A DNA stretch of 64,000 nucleotides from a virus (IMGVR_UViG_3300021960_000030:47865-111864), one strand, 5' to 3'. Positions 33,502 through 44,550 are shown, counted from the stretch's first letter. Notes: a model not told the origin generated them from the sequence alone. Numbers and translations are program-made.

Positions 33502-36324
33502 TTAGTTAAGTAGCAGGGGCAGACCGTAGACCTGATGGGGTCCGACTGCACAACCAGTTGCCATGAAACCAGTGCCCACACCGTAGGATGCCAGACCCGT
33601 GGTCACTTGGTTCACGATAGCACCATTGCTGGATGCCACGATCTCACCGATGCCACCAGTGGGAGATGCCACGAAGGTGAAGTGAATCGCAGGTTGAGAA
33701 CCAGTGATAATGTCTGCCATGGTAGTGGGCATTGATTGTGCCACCGACATACGGACATGTGCAGGAGGTGTAGCACCAGGGAAGGGAAGGTCAGTCGTCA
33801 AATCGATAATAGCACCCTTAACGATATTGAACTGACCAGAGATAGCAGCAAGAGGGTTAAACAGTGCCACAAACTCAAATCGTCCACAGTTCAGGAACGA
33901 TGTAATCCAGTTTGCTTCCTGTGTAATCTCACCATCTGCACTGATGCCGATGTTGTTGCCTTCAATCTTGATCTGGTTACCGTTGAGTTTCAGGTTAGAG
34001 ATAGCGTTGATGCTAACTTGGTTACCCTGAATACGAACGTCACCAGAGTATGCAATGTTGTGGTCACCAGACTTACGCTCTGCAGACTTCTGCTCGTTGT
34101 CATCGTCAACAGATGTTGCAAGATTGGTGTACTTCATCGGAGGTGTAACTACACCAACACCACTGGGAGGATTGATAGGTTTCAGATTAGAGTAGAACTC
34201 CTCATCTTCCCTGCGGAGACGTTCTTCCAGAGACTCAACCCGATCTCTCAGAGTGATCATCTCACCAAAAGAGATTGTGTTCTTAGAAACAACATCGGTT
34301 TGTAAGTCCTTAGAAAGGAATGCCGTATTGTTCCTACGCTGAAGGTTTGTTGCTCCAGATGAAGTCTGGACAGTGGTAGTGGTGGTAGTGCCACCAGATG
34401 TGGAAGCACCAGAGTCACCAACCTTTGCTGTTGGTTTGCTGCTACCAGAGGCAGATGCCTGGGGACCGTTACCTTGAGAGTTGTTGATCGCACCTTCAAC
34501 TTCAATGTGCCAGTTACCATGCACCTTCAGATAGTAGTCACCTTCAATAGTGTCAATGCGGTTTGCTTTGACTGTGGTGCACTTGTCCCTTGCAATGATC
34601 TTAGTCTCGTTGTTAGGAACATTGGTGTGCTGGTTGCCTTGGTTATCTTGGAAGTTAGATACACCACCAGGACCCTGAGTTGCTGCCCACTCCTTACCCT
34701 TGGTTGCGTTGTGAATGACACGAGAACCATCAAGGAATGACTGAACTTCCATCACACGAATGTTGATTCCCTTGAATAGGTTATCAACGTATCCAGCAGA
34801 TGATGTGGCATCCGTCCACTCTTTCAGAGATGTTGGCAAACTGGTTGAACCAAACCCAGACATGCCAGTGACAAACTCCGACACGTCATTACAAGTGGTA
34901 CTACCTAATAGTGGGAACCATTGTTTAGTCTTTGGTTTCTTGATCTTTCGTCCGCAGTCCTTCTGGAATAGCAGACCGAGAAGTGCTTTCAGGATAGCAA
35001 TCAGAGAACCCCAGTTCAGTTTGGTGAAGTCCACTTTGAACAGCATGTCCAGAACAGACTTTGCTTGACCAATGAACTCAACACCAGACTTCAGAGCATT
35101 GACTGCAGACACCACAACTTTTGCAATGTCTCGTACCTTCTGAATCGTCTGGTTGATATTGGACAGGATTCTGTCGGTAATACCCTGTACCTTAGAAACG
35201 ATTGTAGATACAACATTGCTGACCTGAGATACCACCATGCCAACGATCTGGTCGGCAAATCCAGTTATGTCCGTTAGTGCTGACTGGACTATACTTAACC
35301 ACTGTGGGTGAGGCACACAGAATAGGTCAAGGATGAAACTGATTAGATCCAGGATCCCCAAGAAGATAGACAGAGGGATGAACGAGGAAATAATCTTAAC
35401 GATTGTGTTGATGATCTTGACCGTAATCTCTGCCAAGAACTCTTTGAGAGGTGCAAGGATTGCAGAGATACCAGAAGAGATATAGTTTGCTAGTTTACCT
35501 AGGTGCTCAAGAACTTTGTCACCGTTGATTCTCTTACCAGTGATCAGTGAAATGAACTGACCATCACTACCACTGGCGATTGATGCTGCCATTGTGCCCA
35601 ACTCAGTGAGCATACGGGTCAGACCTTTTTCAAAACCTTCACCAGCGGGACCGTTTGCACCGTCTGCCACTTCCTGAGACTCGGTAGGTGGTTTGAGTGG
35701 GTTAGTAACGGCGTTACCAGGGGTACATGCCTCAGCAGTGCTCAGACCGCCGCCTCGTGCCTCCTCAACCTGCCCTGCAGGTCCAGCAACCGCCTGCTGC
35801 TGGTCTTTTGCTAGTGGTGCACCACCATGGTTCTTCTCCCCTGCCAGCGTCGCCTGTTGGGGGGTGTTAGTTTCGTTCTCTTTAGCGACTGTAATGTCGG
35901 CAATAGTTGTTGCCTTGGTTGTCTCCTGTGCACCCTTACCTTTACCAGCAGCAGACTTCTGATCATCTGCTTGCTTGAAACCACGGAATGCACCCATGAC
36001 CACAGGCAGTTGTGCCTCATCTCCGTCAAGGAAGAATCCCATGACGAATGCACCAACCTGCAACTCAGTTGTGGTACCTGTACCCTTGATCTGAGGTTTA
36101 TCTGTAGGCAGAAGGACAGTTGCCCACGGAAGGTTTTCAGTAGGAAGTGTTTTGGTATAAGAATCAGCACCTTTGTTTGACTTGTTACCAGTGTACCAAC
36201 CAACAATACGGACCTTTACACGACCAAGTTGAGACGGGTCTTTGTTATCCTCAACTTCACCAACCCACCATACAAATCCGTCGCGACCTGCAAAATCTGT
36301 CTTGTAACCTTGAAGTCCTTCCAT
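33502..36324 (-). CDS. gp5: Baseplate hub/central spike protein (gp5-like)
   Basis: N-terminal OB fold WWVGEVEDNKDPSQLGRVKVRI..LPWA..VMGFFLDG; beta-helix repeats IEGDYYLKVHGNWHIEVEG. Confidence 0.9.
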   Translation of the reverse strand: MEGLQGYKTDFAGRDGFVWWVGEVEDNKDPSQLGRVKVRIVGWYTGNKSNKGADSYTKTLPTENLPWATVLLPTDKPQIKGTGTTTELQVGAFVMGFFLDGDEAQLPVVMGAFRGFKQADDQKSAAGKGKGAQETTKATTIADITVAKENETNTPQQATLAGEKNHGGAPLAKDQQQAVAGPAGQVEEARGGGLSTAEACTPGNAVTNPLKPPTESQEVADGANGPAGEGFEKGLTRMLTELGTMAASIASGSDGQFISLITGKRINGDKVLEHLGKLANYISSGISAILAPLKEFLAEITVKIINTIVKIISSFIPLSIFLGILDLISFILDLFCVPHPQWLSIVQSALTDITGFADQIVGMVVSQVSNVVSTIVSKVQGITDRILSNINQTIQKVRDIAKVVVSAVNALKSGVEFIGQAKSVLDMLFKVDFTKLNWGSLIAILKALLGLLFQKDCGRKIKKPKTKQWFPLLGSTTCNDVSEFVTGMSGFGSTSLPTSLKEWTDATSSAGYVDNLFKGINIRVMEVQSFLDGSRVIHNATKGKEWAATQGPGGVSNFQDNQGNQHTNVPNNETKIIARDKCTTVKANRIDTIEGDYYLKVHGNWHIEVEGAINNSQGNGPQASASGSSKPTAKVGDSGASTSGGTTTTTTVQTSSGATNLQRRNNTAFLSKDLQTDVVSKNTISFGEMITLRDRVESLEERLRREDEEFYSNLKPINPPSGVGVVTPPMKYTNLATSVDDDNEQKSAERKSGDHNIAYSGDVRIQGNQVSINAISNLKLNGNQIKIEGNNIGISADGEITQEANWITSFLNCGRFEFVALFNPLAAISGQFNIVKGAIIDLTTDLPFPGATPPAHVRMSVAQSMPTTMADIITGSQPAIHFTFVASPTGGIGEIVASSNGAIVNQVTTGLASYGVGTGFMATGCAVGPHQVYGLPLLLN

Positions 36325-36338
36325 GAACGAATGTCTTT

Positions 36339-36812
36339 TTACGGATTATTTATCTTGACAAATCTAAACTCTTTCATGGGATCATCGCTGATGTCCAAAC
36401 CCCAACGAAACTCTCCTGTCTTCGGATCTACACCCGTATCTCTAGATCTGTACTCTTCACCATTGAATCGTACATGAGAAATGACTTTCGTATCCCGTAG
36501 GATACAGTCTCCCTGTGGTTCACCCCACCACCAACCATCAAAGAATCCCCATTGAAAAGGACATGATGCTTCGTCAGTCTTTAGATTGACCGATGTAGTG
36601 AAACAGTTGAAATGCCTATCATATCTATACTCTACACGAAAGTGTCGATACGGTTCATTCTCACCCTGATACTTATACCAGGACTTAAAGTCTAACGTAC
36701 CGTCTTCGTTCTCAGTATATTTTACATGAATATGGGGCCATGCAGAGGGATTACTCTGCGCCTGGCGTTTGTTGCTGTAGTGTCCCAGCACCATCTTGTG
36801 CCACATAATCAT
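36339..36812 (-). CDS. cpeT: T-type phycobiliprotein lyase
   Basis: GHYSNKRQAQSNPSAWPHI ... PYR ... SRDTG.D..TGEFRWG. Confidence 0.8.
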   Translation of the reverse strand: MIMWHKMVLGHYSNKRQAQSNPSAWPHIHVKYTENEDGTLDFKSWYKYQGENEPYRHFRVEYRYDRHFNCFTTSVNLKTDEASCPFQWGFFDGWWWGEPQGDCILRDTKVISHVRFNGEEYRSRDTGVDPKTGEFRWGLDISDDPMKEFRFVKINNP

Positions 36813-37383
36813 ACCAACCAGTCACAATCATTTTCGTTTCATTTGGTGCAACCTTTCCCTGATGGAAATGTGTCCAATCAGCAGGCCATAGTAATGTCAA
36901 TCCCTTCACAGGTTTGATCATTGCTTCCTGCAGTGGGAAATATGTATGCCCACCTTCTTCAACGGTATTTAGATAGGTCATCCATGCCATAACACGATGC
37001 TGAGATGGAGTCTCGTTAGTCATCTTCTCAGTATGCATGGCAAAGTAACCCCCACCAGGAGGATACTGTTGAATGTTGAACGCTGAAACAAGGTCCCAAG
37101 AGATCTTACCGAATCCTGGGTATCTTGCGATGTATGTAATCGTTGCCTGTGCTAACTCTTCAATATATGCCTCTATTCTTGGGTCCTTAAGATGTACTGG
37201 GACCGTCATGTCAATGGAATCTTTGACGCTTGGGTTAACTCCGCTACCCGTATGTCCAGGTTCCTTAGACAGGTATTCGCATTCATTGAAGAACTCTATA
37301 ACTCCATCACACACAAGAGGATCAATCTTCGCTCCAGCGATGAAACTCTTAGGGTGGTTAATCTCAATAAGCTCTAAAGCCAT
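36751..37383 (-). CDS. 2OG-Fe(II) prolyl-4-hydroxylase-like oxygenase
   Basis: IQQYPPGGGYFAMHTE..RVMAWMTYLN..EGG.T.F..WTHFHQG..KMIVTGW. Confidence 0.9.
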   Translation of the reverse strand: MALELIEINHPKSFIAGAKIDPLVCDGVIEFFNECEYLSKEPGHTGSGVNPSVKDSIDMTVPVHLKDPRIEAYIEELAQATITYIARYPGFGKISWDLVSAFNIQQYPPGGGYFAMHTEKMTNETPSQHRVMAWMTYLNTVEEGGHTYFPLQEAMIKPVKGLTLLWPADWTHFHQGKVAPNETKMIVTGWYDYVAQDGAGTLQQQTPGAE

Positions 37384-37436
37384 TCCTTTGAACCCTCACA
37401 GTGTTAATCATAATCATTTATTGGAGTCTTGTCAAG

Positions 37437-37649
37437 TCAGTCGTCGTAAACTCTACACTCAAGAGCACTCGGGTTGTTGTCGCAATACAGTTCAAGAGAT
37501 GTAGGATCGTGATGATCTTCGGGATGACGCTCAGCGTATGCCTCCAGTTCCTTAAGTTCGCCTTCAATGTGACGACGACGTTGAGCAGAGATCTGAGGAT
37601 CCATCAACTCAGCACGATCTACTTCGATGTGCTTTTCGATGTTTTCCAT
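37437..37649 (-). CDS. cp12: CP12 Calvin-cycle inhibitor
   Basis: C-terminal LELYCDNNPSALECRVYDD. Confidence 0.95.
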   Translation of the reverse strand: MENIEKHIEVDRAELMDPQISAQRRRHIEGELKELEAYAERHPEDHHDPTSLELYCDNNPSALECRVYDD

Positions 37650-37676
37650 GGTCAAATGCGTATTAGTACGTACTAT

Positions 37677-37793
37677 TTAGTTGTTGTCCGTAAATACGTT
37701 TGTGATTGCGGTGAAGATTGAATGAAAAAACACATACAGGAAGAAAGTCTCGGTCGCCTCTTTCTTTGCCTGCTTCTTATAAGATTGAGCCAT
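37677..37793 (-). CDS. Small protein (38 aa)
   Basis: MAQSYKKQAKKEATETFFLYVFFHSIFTAITNVFTDNN, after a late promoter. Confidence 0.5.
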   Translation of the reverse strand: MAQSYKKQAKKEATETFFLYVFFHSIFTAITNVFTDNN

Positions 37794-37818
37794 AAATCAC
37801 TTGTCGCTGCCCTATTTA

Positions 37819-39216
37819 TCATTTAACACTGTCTCTGATGAGTTCTAGCGTTGTTGAGACACCTTCTTTGGTCCAAACGTGGGCAATGCCAGCAATCAAA
37901 TACTTACCAGAATAGACCTTATCTTCCTCAACTTTGTTAGCAGAAGAACGACCGAGAGGAATCAACACCTTGATCACGTCACCCGCTGCCAGAGCAGTGT
38001 TTCCAGGTACCTCAACCCTCAAACAGATCGCCCTGATTGCCTCGTAACGTGCCATAGCATAGGTTCCAACCTCCAGAGTATCCCCGTCAGCGGTGGGTGC
38101 ACCTGCTGTTGGATCACCTGCAGGTCTACCTTGCTGCTCCTTCTGATCCTTCAATCCAGGGAGGATTCTTAACTTGGCACGAGAAGGGAAATACTCTTCG
38201 TATTCCTTCATAAATGCCATCGGATTACCCTTTTCTAGGGTTGACATCTTGCCAAACATGGCACTATACTTGGATTCTCTAGGTCCAGTGATAGTTCCAC
38301 CACCACCGCCAGATGTATCTTGAGCGACAGCAGAACGAGTCATCACAGGCAACATAATACCCGATGTGACGTTGTAGATTGTTCCCGTTCTTAACTTCTC
38401 CAGGATGTGTGTGCGGTCAGGGAAAGCGATGTTGTTGATGAGATAGTAGTTACGTTCGGTGTCACTTTCCTGCACGTTGCTTTGCTCATACACATACTCA
38501 AAGTCGAGCGGTGGTTGCTCACACATGTAGTCGATGCTTTGGAAGTTGAAACCTCTACGATTCTCATAGAACAGAAATCCTGATTGTGTTTCGCTACCCT
38601 TTCCTTTGTTGGATCGAGTAACCTTATCACACATATAGTTGAGAAGGTCTACGGGTCTCCAGTTAGGAGACACGAAGTTAATCTTGGAGTGTGGTTCAAT
38701 AGCACCAGCATGTTTGAGTTTCTTTTGACCCTGCAGGTGTTCCTTAACGATATATTGAACGATGTCTTGCTTTCCTGAACCTGCCTTAGTTGCAGGTCCA
38801 AAAGAACCGAAGACGCGGTTCACCTCATTGTTCAGTGCTTCTGTGCTGACACAGTGAAGAATATAAGAACATGTTCTTTCAGTCTTGATCACACTTGCAA
38901 TCTTGAAGATCTGCCCTTCCCACTTCAAACTCTTTCCTTTAGAAGCATCAGTCACGATCTCCAAGTGCACAACCTCACCACCCCTCAATAGGTTGATGAA
39001 GTCAACAGATTCAATAATGGCGATATCTAGTCTGCAGAATGGCGAATCGATCGATTCATACCATGTAAACTCAGCAGCGACTGACTTCAGATCAAAAGAG
39101 TTCTTAGAGTCCTTCTTGAATCTAGATGCGAGATCCTTACTAACCTGTCGGTTGCCACCCGTTTTAGGAATCGTAATGGTTAGATCTTTAAGTTCGTAAC
39201 CTCTTGCTTCTGCCAT
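37819..39216 (-). CDS. Baseplate hub protein (gp27-like)
   Basis: YESIDSPF, FLFYENRRGFNFQSID, VPGNTALAAGDVI..YSGKYLIAGIAH. Confidence 0.7.
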   Translation of the reverse strand: MAEARGYELKDLTITIPKTGGNRQVSKDLASRFKKDSKNSFDLKSVAAEFTWYESIDSPFCRLDIAIIESVDFINLLRGGEVVHLEIVTDASKGKSLKWEGQIFKIASVIKTERTCSYILHCVSTEALNNEVNRVFGSFGPATKAGSGKQDIVQYIVKEHLQGQKKLKHAGAIEPHSKINFVSPNWRPVDLLNYMCDKVTRSNKGKGSETQSGFLFYENRRGFNFQSIDYMCEQPPLDFEYVYEQSNVQESDTERNYYLINNIAFPDRTHILEKLRTGTIYNVTSGIMLPVMTRSAVAQDTSGGGGGTITGPRESKYSAMFGKMSTLEKGNPMAFMKEYEEYFPSRAKLRILPGLKDQKEQQGRPAGDPTAGAPTADGDTLEVGTYAMARYEAIRAICLRVEVPGNTALAAGDVIKVLIPLGRSSANKVEEDKVYSGKYLIAGIAHVWTKEGVSTTLELIRDSVK

Positions 39217-39217
39217 A

Positions 39218-41770
39218 TTACGTTAACATCGTGGGTGGTGTGTTGATCTCGTTCATCAGACCAAACCTAGGTATCATGTATTTAGCGGCAGCCTGGGCAC
39301 GTTGAGGCAGACCAACGATTGCAGGTCTACTGGTAGACTGACCACCGCTACTTCCCTGACCCTTCTGGGTGACTGTAGGTGCCTGTGCAACTTTTGTTTG
39401 ACTTCTTTCTGATGCAGCAGACTCAATACGTTGTTCTTGTCCCTGTTGCAGAGACGACAGTTGATCACCACCTGTACCAGTGTTGGTGGGTGGTTTCAGA
39501 CTCCTGAGGTAAGAAGCACCACCAGTGCCCTTACCCTTGATCAGACTGATGATCGGCTCTGCTCTGCGTCCTACCTCAGAGTACCATGCACTATCCCTGA
39601 GTTCTTCACCTGCCTTATTATAGTTACCTGCTTTCAATGCTGCAGTGAACTTAGGGAAACCCTTCCAGAATGAACCACCCATGTTGAAGGTGAGGTCAAT
39701 CAGTGCTGCCTTTGCCTGTGGGTGTGCTTTCTTGTATCCAGGGATCTTCTGTGCCATCGCAAGGTGATGGTTGAAGTCCTTATTAAACAGTTTATCTGCC
39801 TCAGACTGAGAGATGACAGATCCCATGCCGTATCCGTCGCCTGGTTTGATCAGGTGACCATAACCAATCGTCGGGTATCCCTTGCTATCCTTATATGCTC
39901 TGTGTCTACCGCCAACGATGTTAGATCCCTCGTGGATCTTGATCATCTTCTTGGCAAAGTCAAACACACCACCTTCGGCAAAACCAGGCAACTGGTAACC
40001 ACCACGCATTGCCTCACCCCAACGTTGGTTGGTGAGACCTGGGTTTGCTTTGGTTGCAGGGGTGTCGAATGGAACAACAAACGCAGATCCACCGCTGGCA
40101 TATCCCTTCATGCCAACCCATTCGGTACCGTGACCGATGAAGTCTACACCTTGACCAGTAAGAGAGACAGGATATCCCGATTGTGGACCGCTGATCCATC
40201 CACCCTTTGCTTTCTGTGGCAGAGGACCACCTCTTGCCATCTCTTTCTTCTTATCTTCGTCTTCTTTCTTCTTGAAGATATCCAGAACTTTCTGGACTGC
40301 CGTGAACATAGTAACATAAGGCAGCAGCAAGTTCTTAAGAAGACCGCCACCTAATCTCTTGAGTTTATCAACATACGGAGAGATGAACTCTTTGACTGTA
40401 CCAAATAGTTCACCGAAGAATCCAATGGTGTCATCGAGTTCCGACTTGAAGAACCCAACAACCTTCACAAACATATCCTTCACACCATTGAACAAGTCAA
40501 TGATGGGTTGGAAGATGGGTTTCAGTGCACTCCAGAAGTTGCCACCTTTCTTCTTCTGAGATTCGGCAGACTTCTTAGAATCCTCTTCTGTTTGTGCCTT
40601 GATCTCATCTGCAGAGTACATCAACTTCTCTGCAACTTGCTGCTTAGCAAGTTCTTCGAGCGCCTTCGGATCCATACCCTCCGTAAGGTCGGGCATTTCG
40701 ATGTCCTCGAAGTTTACGTCTGGCATTGCCAGCATAGACATCGGGTCACCAGTCATGCCACCATAGGCATTCGTCTCTTCTGCTTGAGACTTACCGCCCT
40801 CTACCCCAGTGTTAGGTTGATTGGCGTCGTACGCCATCTTACCAAGTGCTGCAACACCTGCAACGGCGGCAACACCTAGGGCAACTTTAGGATTCTTGAC
40901 TAAAAACTTACCTGCTTTGAAGATGCCTTTGGCGGCAACCTTCGTCATGTTGAATAGTAGTTTTCCAACCCCTTTCAACAGTGAGAACAGGGGTTTCAGA
41001 ATGAGTTTGTAACCACCCTTCAAGAGTAGTTTCAGACCCAGTTTAGCAAGTGTTGGTCCTGCAAAGATAGCTGCAAGAACCAAGAAGAACTTACCAATAC
41101 CCAACAATCCCTTGAGGGAGATTGGGTTCTCCATAAAGTCGGTGATGCCGTCTAAAGCAACACCCGTTAACCAAGAGGCAACTTGATATACAAACTTTCC
41201 AGCAGTGACCATGAAGTCCACGATCTTCTGCACCTTCTCTGGATTCCTTGATATCCAGTCAAGTGAAGCAAAACCAACCAGACTCATGAAGAATGAACCT
41301 AGGTTTGCCAGCAGATTCATCATACCGTTGGCTACCTTACCAGCAACCATGCCTGCAGCAAAACCTACTTTGCCTGCAAACTTACTGAATCTACCCTCTT
41401 GCTTTGCTTCAGCAAGATCATCTGCTGCTCTACCCTCTTCCTTTCTCTTTGCTCTAATATCTTTCTCTTCACGGACTGCTGTATCCTTAGCAGCATCATC
41501 CTGAGCGTCAGCAATCTTCTCTTGAGAGCGAATCTGTGCTTGCACAGAGTCCCTGAAAGACGCATTCATGTTCTCCAACATGATTGCGATGCTATTAACA
41601 GACGCACCAATACTATTGAGTGCCTTACCCATCTGGCGGAAACCAGTGTCCTGCACAGTGATCATTGTACCGAAATCGGTATTAGTCACCGACCTCTTAG
41701 AGATCCCCTTGGTAGAGATCATCTTAAAGAGTTTGGCTCTTGGTACTCCTGAAGGTGCGTTAGCTGCCAT
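39218..41770 (-). CDS. Tape-measure/hub-associated protein with GH24 lysozyme domain
   Basis: IHEG..AYKDSKGYPTIGYGHLI..ALIDLTFNMG..SAWYSEVGRRA; long amphipathic helices. Confidence 0.8.
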   Translation of the reverse strand: MAANAPSGVPRAKLFKMISTKGISKRSVTNTDFGTMITVQDTGFRQMGKALNSIGASVNSIAIMLENMNASFRDSVQAQIRSQEKIADAQDDAAKDTAVREEKDIRAKRKEEGRAADDLAEAKQEGRFSKFAGKVGFAAGMVAGKVANGMMNLLANLGSFFMSLVGFASLDWISRNPEKVQKIVDFMVTAGKFVYQVASWLTGVALDGITDFMENPISLKGLLGIGKFFLVLAAIFAGPTLAKLGLKLLLKGGYKLILKPLFSLLKGVGKLLFNMTKVAAKGIFKAGKFLVKNPKVALGVAAVAGVAALGKMAYDANQPNTGVEGGKSQAEETNAYGGMTGDPMSMLAMPDVNFEDIEMPDLTEGMDPKALEELAKQQVAEKLMYSADEIKAQTEEDSKKSAESQKKKGGNFWSALKPIFQPIIDLFNGVKDMFVKVVGFFKSELDDTIGFFGELFGTVKEFISPYVDKLKRLGGGLLKNLLLPYVTMFTAVQKVLDIFKKKEDEDKKKEMARGGPLPQKAKGGWISGPQSGYPVSLTGQGVDFIGHGTEWVGMKGYASGGSAFVVPFDTPATKANPGLTNQRWGEAMRGGYQLPGFAEGGVFDFAKKMIKIHEGSNIVGGRHRAYKDSKGYPTIGYGHLIKPGDGYGMGSVISQSEADKLFNKDFNHHLAMAQKIPGYKKAHPQAKAALIDLTFNMGGSFWKGFPKFTAALKAGNYNKAGEELRDSAWYSEVGRRAEPIISLIKGKGTGGASYLRSLKPPTNTGTGGDQLSSLQQGQEQRIESAASERSQTKVAQAPTVTQKGQGSSGGQSTSRPAIVGLPQRAQAAAKYMIPRFGLMNEINTPPTMLT

Positions 41771-41773
41771 TTA

Positions 41774-44368
41774 TTAACACTTATTGATGAGCGGTGATGG
41801 GTTCGGTTGTGATACAATCACGGATTGCGTCTCACCGTTTGCAGCAGAACGGATCTGCTGAATCATAATAGTGCTTCCACCAGGGGCAAGTGCCCTATTC
41901 ATTGCTTGCTGACTGCTGAATGCAGAGAGCGACCCAACTTTATTTATGGACTGATTATCAGTGCCCTTGATTGCACCAACTGCTGCTTGCAGACTACCAA
42001 AGTATTCTTCCTCAGCACCAGCAGACATCGGATCATTGCCGATGATTCCACCTTGGAAGATATCGCTGAGGGAGTATTGAGGTGCCGCTGCAACTTCCGC
42101 TCCATCTACACTCTGGGATTCTGATCCATCCTCTTCCTGGGAAGGAGTATTGCCAGTGCTACCACTGACAGGTTTACCCATAGAGACATAGTTTGAGAAT
42201 ACCTCATGCAATCTCTTAGGTGCGTTCATGTGCAGGTGCCAAGATCCAGGTGTGCCTGTGTCACCCTGACCACCAACAATCGTACCCGCTGGGATTTTAC
42301 TTCCAGGTCTAAAGTTACCAAAAGAATGCAGGTGAGAATACTGCATGAAACCCTGCTTCGTCTTGAGGACCACGGTGTTACCGTAACCACCAGAACGAGA
42401 TGTGGGGTCTTTGTAAACAACCTCAGCAGGCAATGGAGTTGGGATGCCTACGTCTCTACCAGAAGAGGGCCAAGGATCACCACTCTTCGTATTACTGAAG
42501 TTGTAGTCCTTGGGATAACCAATCTTGTGTGAACCGTACGATCTAAACGTCGTAGGTTGACTGTGGTGCTGATAAAGCATTCCATAGGTAATCTCTTTAC
42601 CCATGGGTAACTTCTTAGATGCACCACCAGAACCAGTGGTGTACCAAGCTTGAATCTTACCACCCGATGCCTTCTTGGGCATCTTCTTAGGTTCGGTTCT
42701 CTTTCTTTGGTGAACCTCTCTCTGTACTTGGTTCTTATTGCTAACAGGACCACCTTCGGCACGGAAGAGACCCGTAACAAAGTTCCAGACTGCTCCTGCC
42801 TTCTCTGCTAAGAACTCTGCACCATTGATGATGTTCCTGATGGTGTCAATCACACCGTCAAGAACTGAGTTTAGAATAAACTCGTTGAACTTGTTGATAC
42901 CATCAACAACATCTGCCAGGAGATCAATCCAAGTAAATGTAAAGTCCAGGAAGGGTTTAATAAACTTGAGTTGAATATTCAACACCTTCTTGATGGTGTC
43001 TTTGATAAACCTCTTCGCCTTCTTGAGGAACTCAAATACTTTCTTAAATGCCTTCTCTACCAGAGGTGCAAGTTTCTCACCTGCCCACTTACCCAACCAG
43101 TCACCGATCAAACCACCGATGATGGGAGCAAAGGGACCAAGAAAAGGACCCAGTAGAGCGGTACCAATAACGGCACCAAGCATACCACCTGCTGCAGCAC
43201 CAACACCGCGGCCAACTGCTTCGGTATTTGTCTTGCCTTCTGCGAGTGCATCCTGATAGGCATTCACACCGCTCAGGACTGCCATAGCAGGTCCAGCAAT
43301 CCTGGTCAGACCTTTAGTCAGACCTTTCATTCTACCGAGTTTGCCACTCAGTTTCTTAAGACCATTACTAAGGTTCTTGGCACCTCGATTGATTTTGTTT
43401 GCGGTTGCCCTGACCTTATTAAATGGTCCTCTACCCTTTACGTTCCCTTGGAATCTTCTACGAGCAGCATCACCACCATAGCGGCGAGCATATCTCTGTC
43501 TCGCTGCCTTAGATGAGTTGGCAGTTCTCTGTCTCCTGCTAGGACGTTGGTTGCCTCCTCTTTGTTGATCCTGTTGATCCTCACTTTCACCGTTGAAGAT
43601 GTCCCAGAGTTGCACAAAACGTCTGGTGTCGTTGATCAACTTCCAAGGCATGAACACCCTAGAAGCAACCCAGAGACCACCCAGACCTAAAACCAGTTGA
43701 CCGATTCCCTTGACGCCATCGAACACACGTTCCATGACGCTCTTATTTGGATCAGTGGTGCCAGTCAGTGTGGCAACACCATCCATGAACTTATCAATAC
43801 CGAATGATAAGATCTTATATCCGAACTTACCCCATCCTACAAGAAAGTCCAGTACGGTCTGGACCTTATCGGGGTTCTTTGATACCCAGTCAAGTGCTGC
43901 TAAAGCACCCAACTGAGCGATAAACGGTGCTAGAAGATTACCAATAGACTTAAAGAATCCGAGGATGCCTTTGAGTGCACCCCCCTTTTCCTTTTTGACC
44001 TTCTCCTTCAGTTTGGATTCATCAACGACATTTTCATCGTCAACATCCTTCTCTTGCAGATCTTCTGCTTCTTGATCTTGCTTCTTGTTCTTTAGTTTTT
44101 CATCTACCCGTCTACCTTCCAACCAACGCTTGTGTGATTGTTTGTTCTGGTGACGAATCTTTCTAGTACGGCGTTCTCCCGTACTATCCAACCACTCTTC
44201 CGAAAACTCATGCAGACCGTGGATTTGACCAATGCTCCTGCCGATGCCCGTGAGAGTGGTGCCAAGACGGTTAATCTGTCTAATGGAATCAGTAAAGCCC
44301 ACAGAAAGTCCAGTGCTATCCCTTGCAGGGCGCACTGGTACATATTCTCTGACTTTTATTTTTGCCAT
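41774..44368 (-). CDS. Tape-measure-like protein with peptidase M23 domain
   Basis: GGYGNTVV..YSHL..GGQGDTG..SWHLH; Gly-zipper helices. Confidence 0.75.
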   Translation of the reverse strand: MAKIKVREYVPVRPARDSTGLSVGFTDSIRQINRLGTTLTGIGRSIGQIHGLHEFSEEWLDSTGERRTRKIRHQNKQSHKRWLEGRRVDEKLKNKKQDQEAEDLQEKDVDDENVVDESKLKEKVKKEKGGALKGILGFFKSIGNLLAPFIAQLGALAALDWVSKNPDKVQTVLDFLVGWGKFGYKILSFGIDKFMDGVATLTGTTDPNKSVMERVFDGVKGIGQLVLGLGGLWVASRVFMPWKLINDTRRFVQLWDIFNGESEDQQDQQRGGNQRPSRRQRTANSSKAARQRYARRYGGDAARRRFQGNVKGRGPFNKVRATANKINRGAKNLSNGLKKLSGKLGRMKGLTKGLTRIAGPAMAVLSGVNAYQDALAEGKTNTEAVGRGVGAAAGGMLGAVIGTALLGPFLGPFAPIIGGLIGDWLGKWAGEKLAPLVEKAFKKVFEFLKKAKRFIKDTIKKVLNIQLKFIKPFLDFTFTWIDLLADVVDGINKFNEFILNSVLDGVIDTIRNIINGAEFLAEKAGAVWNFVTGLFRAEGGPVSNKNQVQREVHQRKRTEPKKMPKKASGGKIQAWYTTGSGGASKKLPMGKEITYGMLYQHHSQPTTFRSYGSHKIGYPKDYNFSNTKSGDPWPSSGRDVGIPTPLPAEVVYKDPTSRSGGYGNTVVLKTKQGFMQYSHLHSFGNFRPGSKIPAGTIVGGQGDTGTPGSWHLHMNAPKRLHEVFSNYVSMGKPVSGSTGNTPSQEEDGSESQSVDGAEVAAAPQYSLSDIFQGGIIGNDPMSAGAEEEYFGSLQAAVGAIKGTDNQSINKVGSLSAFSSQQAMNRALAPGGSTIMIQQIRSAANGETQSVIVSQPNPSPLINKC

Positions 44369-44550
44369 TAGAGTGACTGTCTATTTTGTGCCTTTTGCCT
44401 ACGCTCTTCCTCTTGGAGGTGGGCGATAAGTAAGTTCACATATACATCACGTTCCCACGGAATCATGTCTTCAAGTTCAGTTAGACTGTACTTGTGATGC
44501 TGCATCAGAGCAAAGTTAACCTTATACATGTTCATAAGGTTGTCATGCAT
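44368..44550 (-). CDS. gp51: Baseplate hub assembly catalyst
   Basis: NFALMQHHKYSLTELEDMIPWERDVYV. Confidence 0.9.
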   Translation of the reverse strand: MHDNLMNMYKVNFALMQHHKYSLTELEDMIPWERDVYVNLLIAHLQEEERRQKAQNRQSL

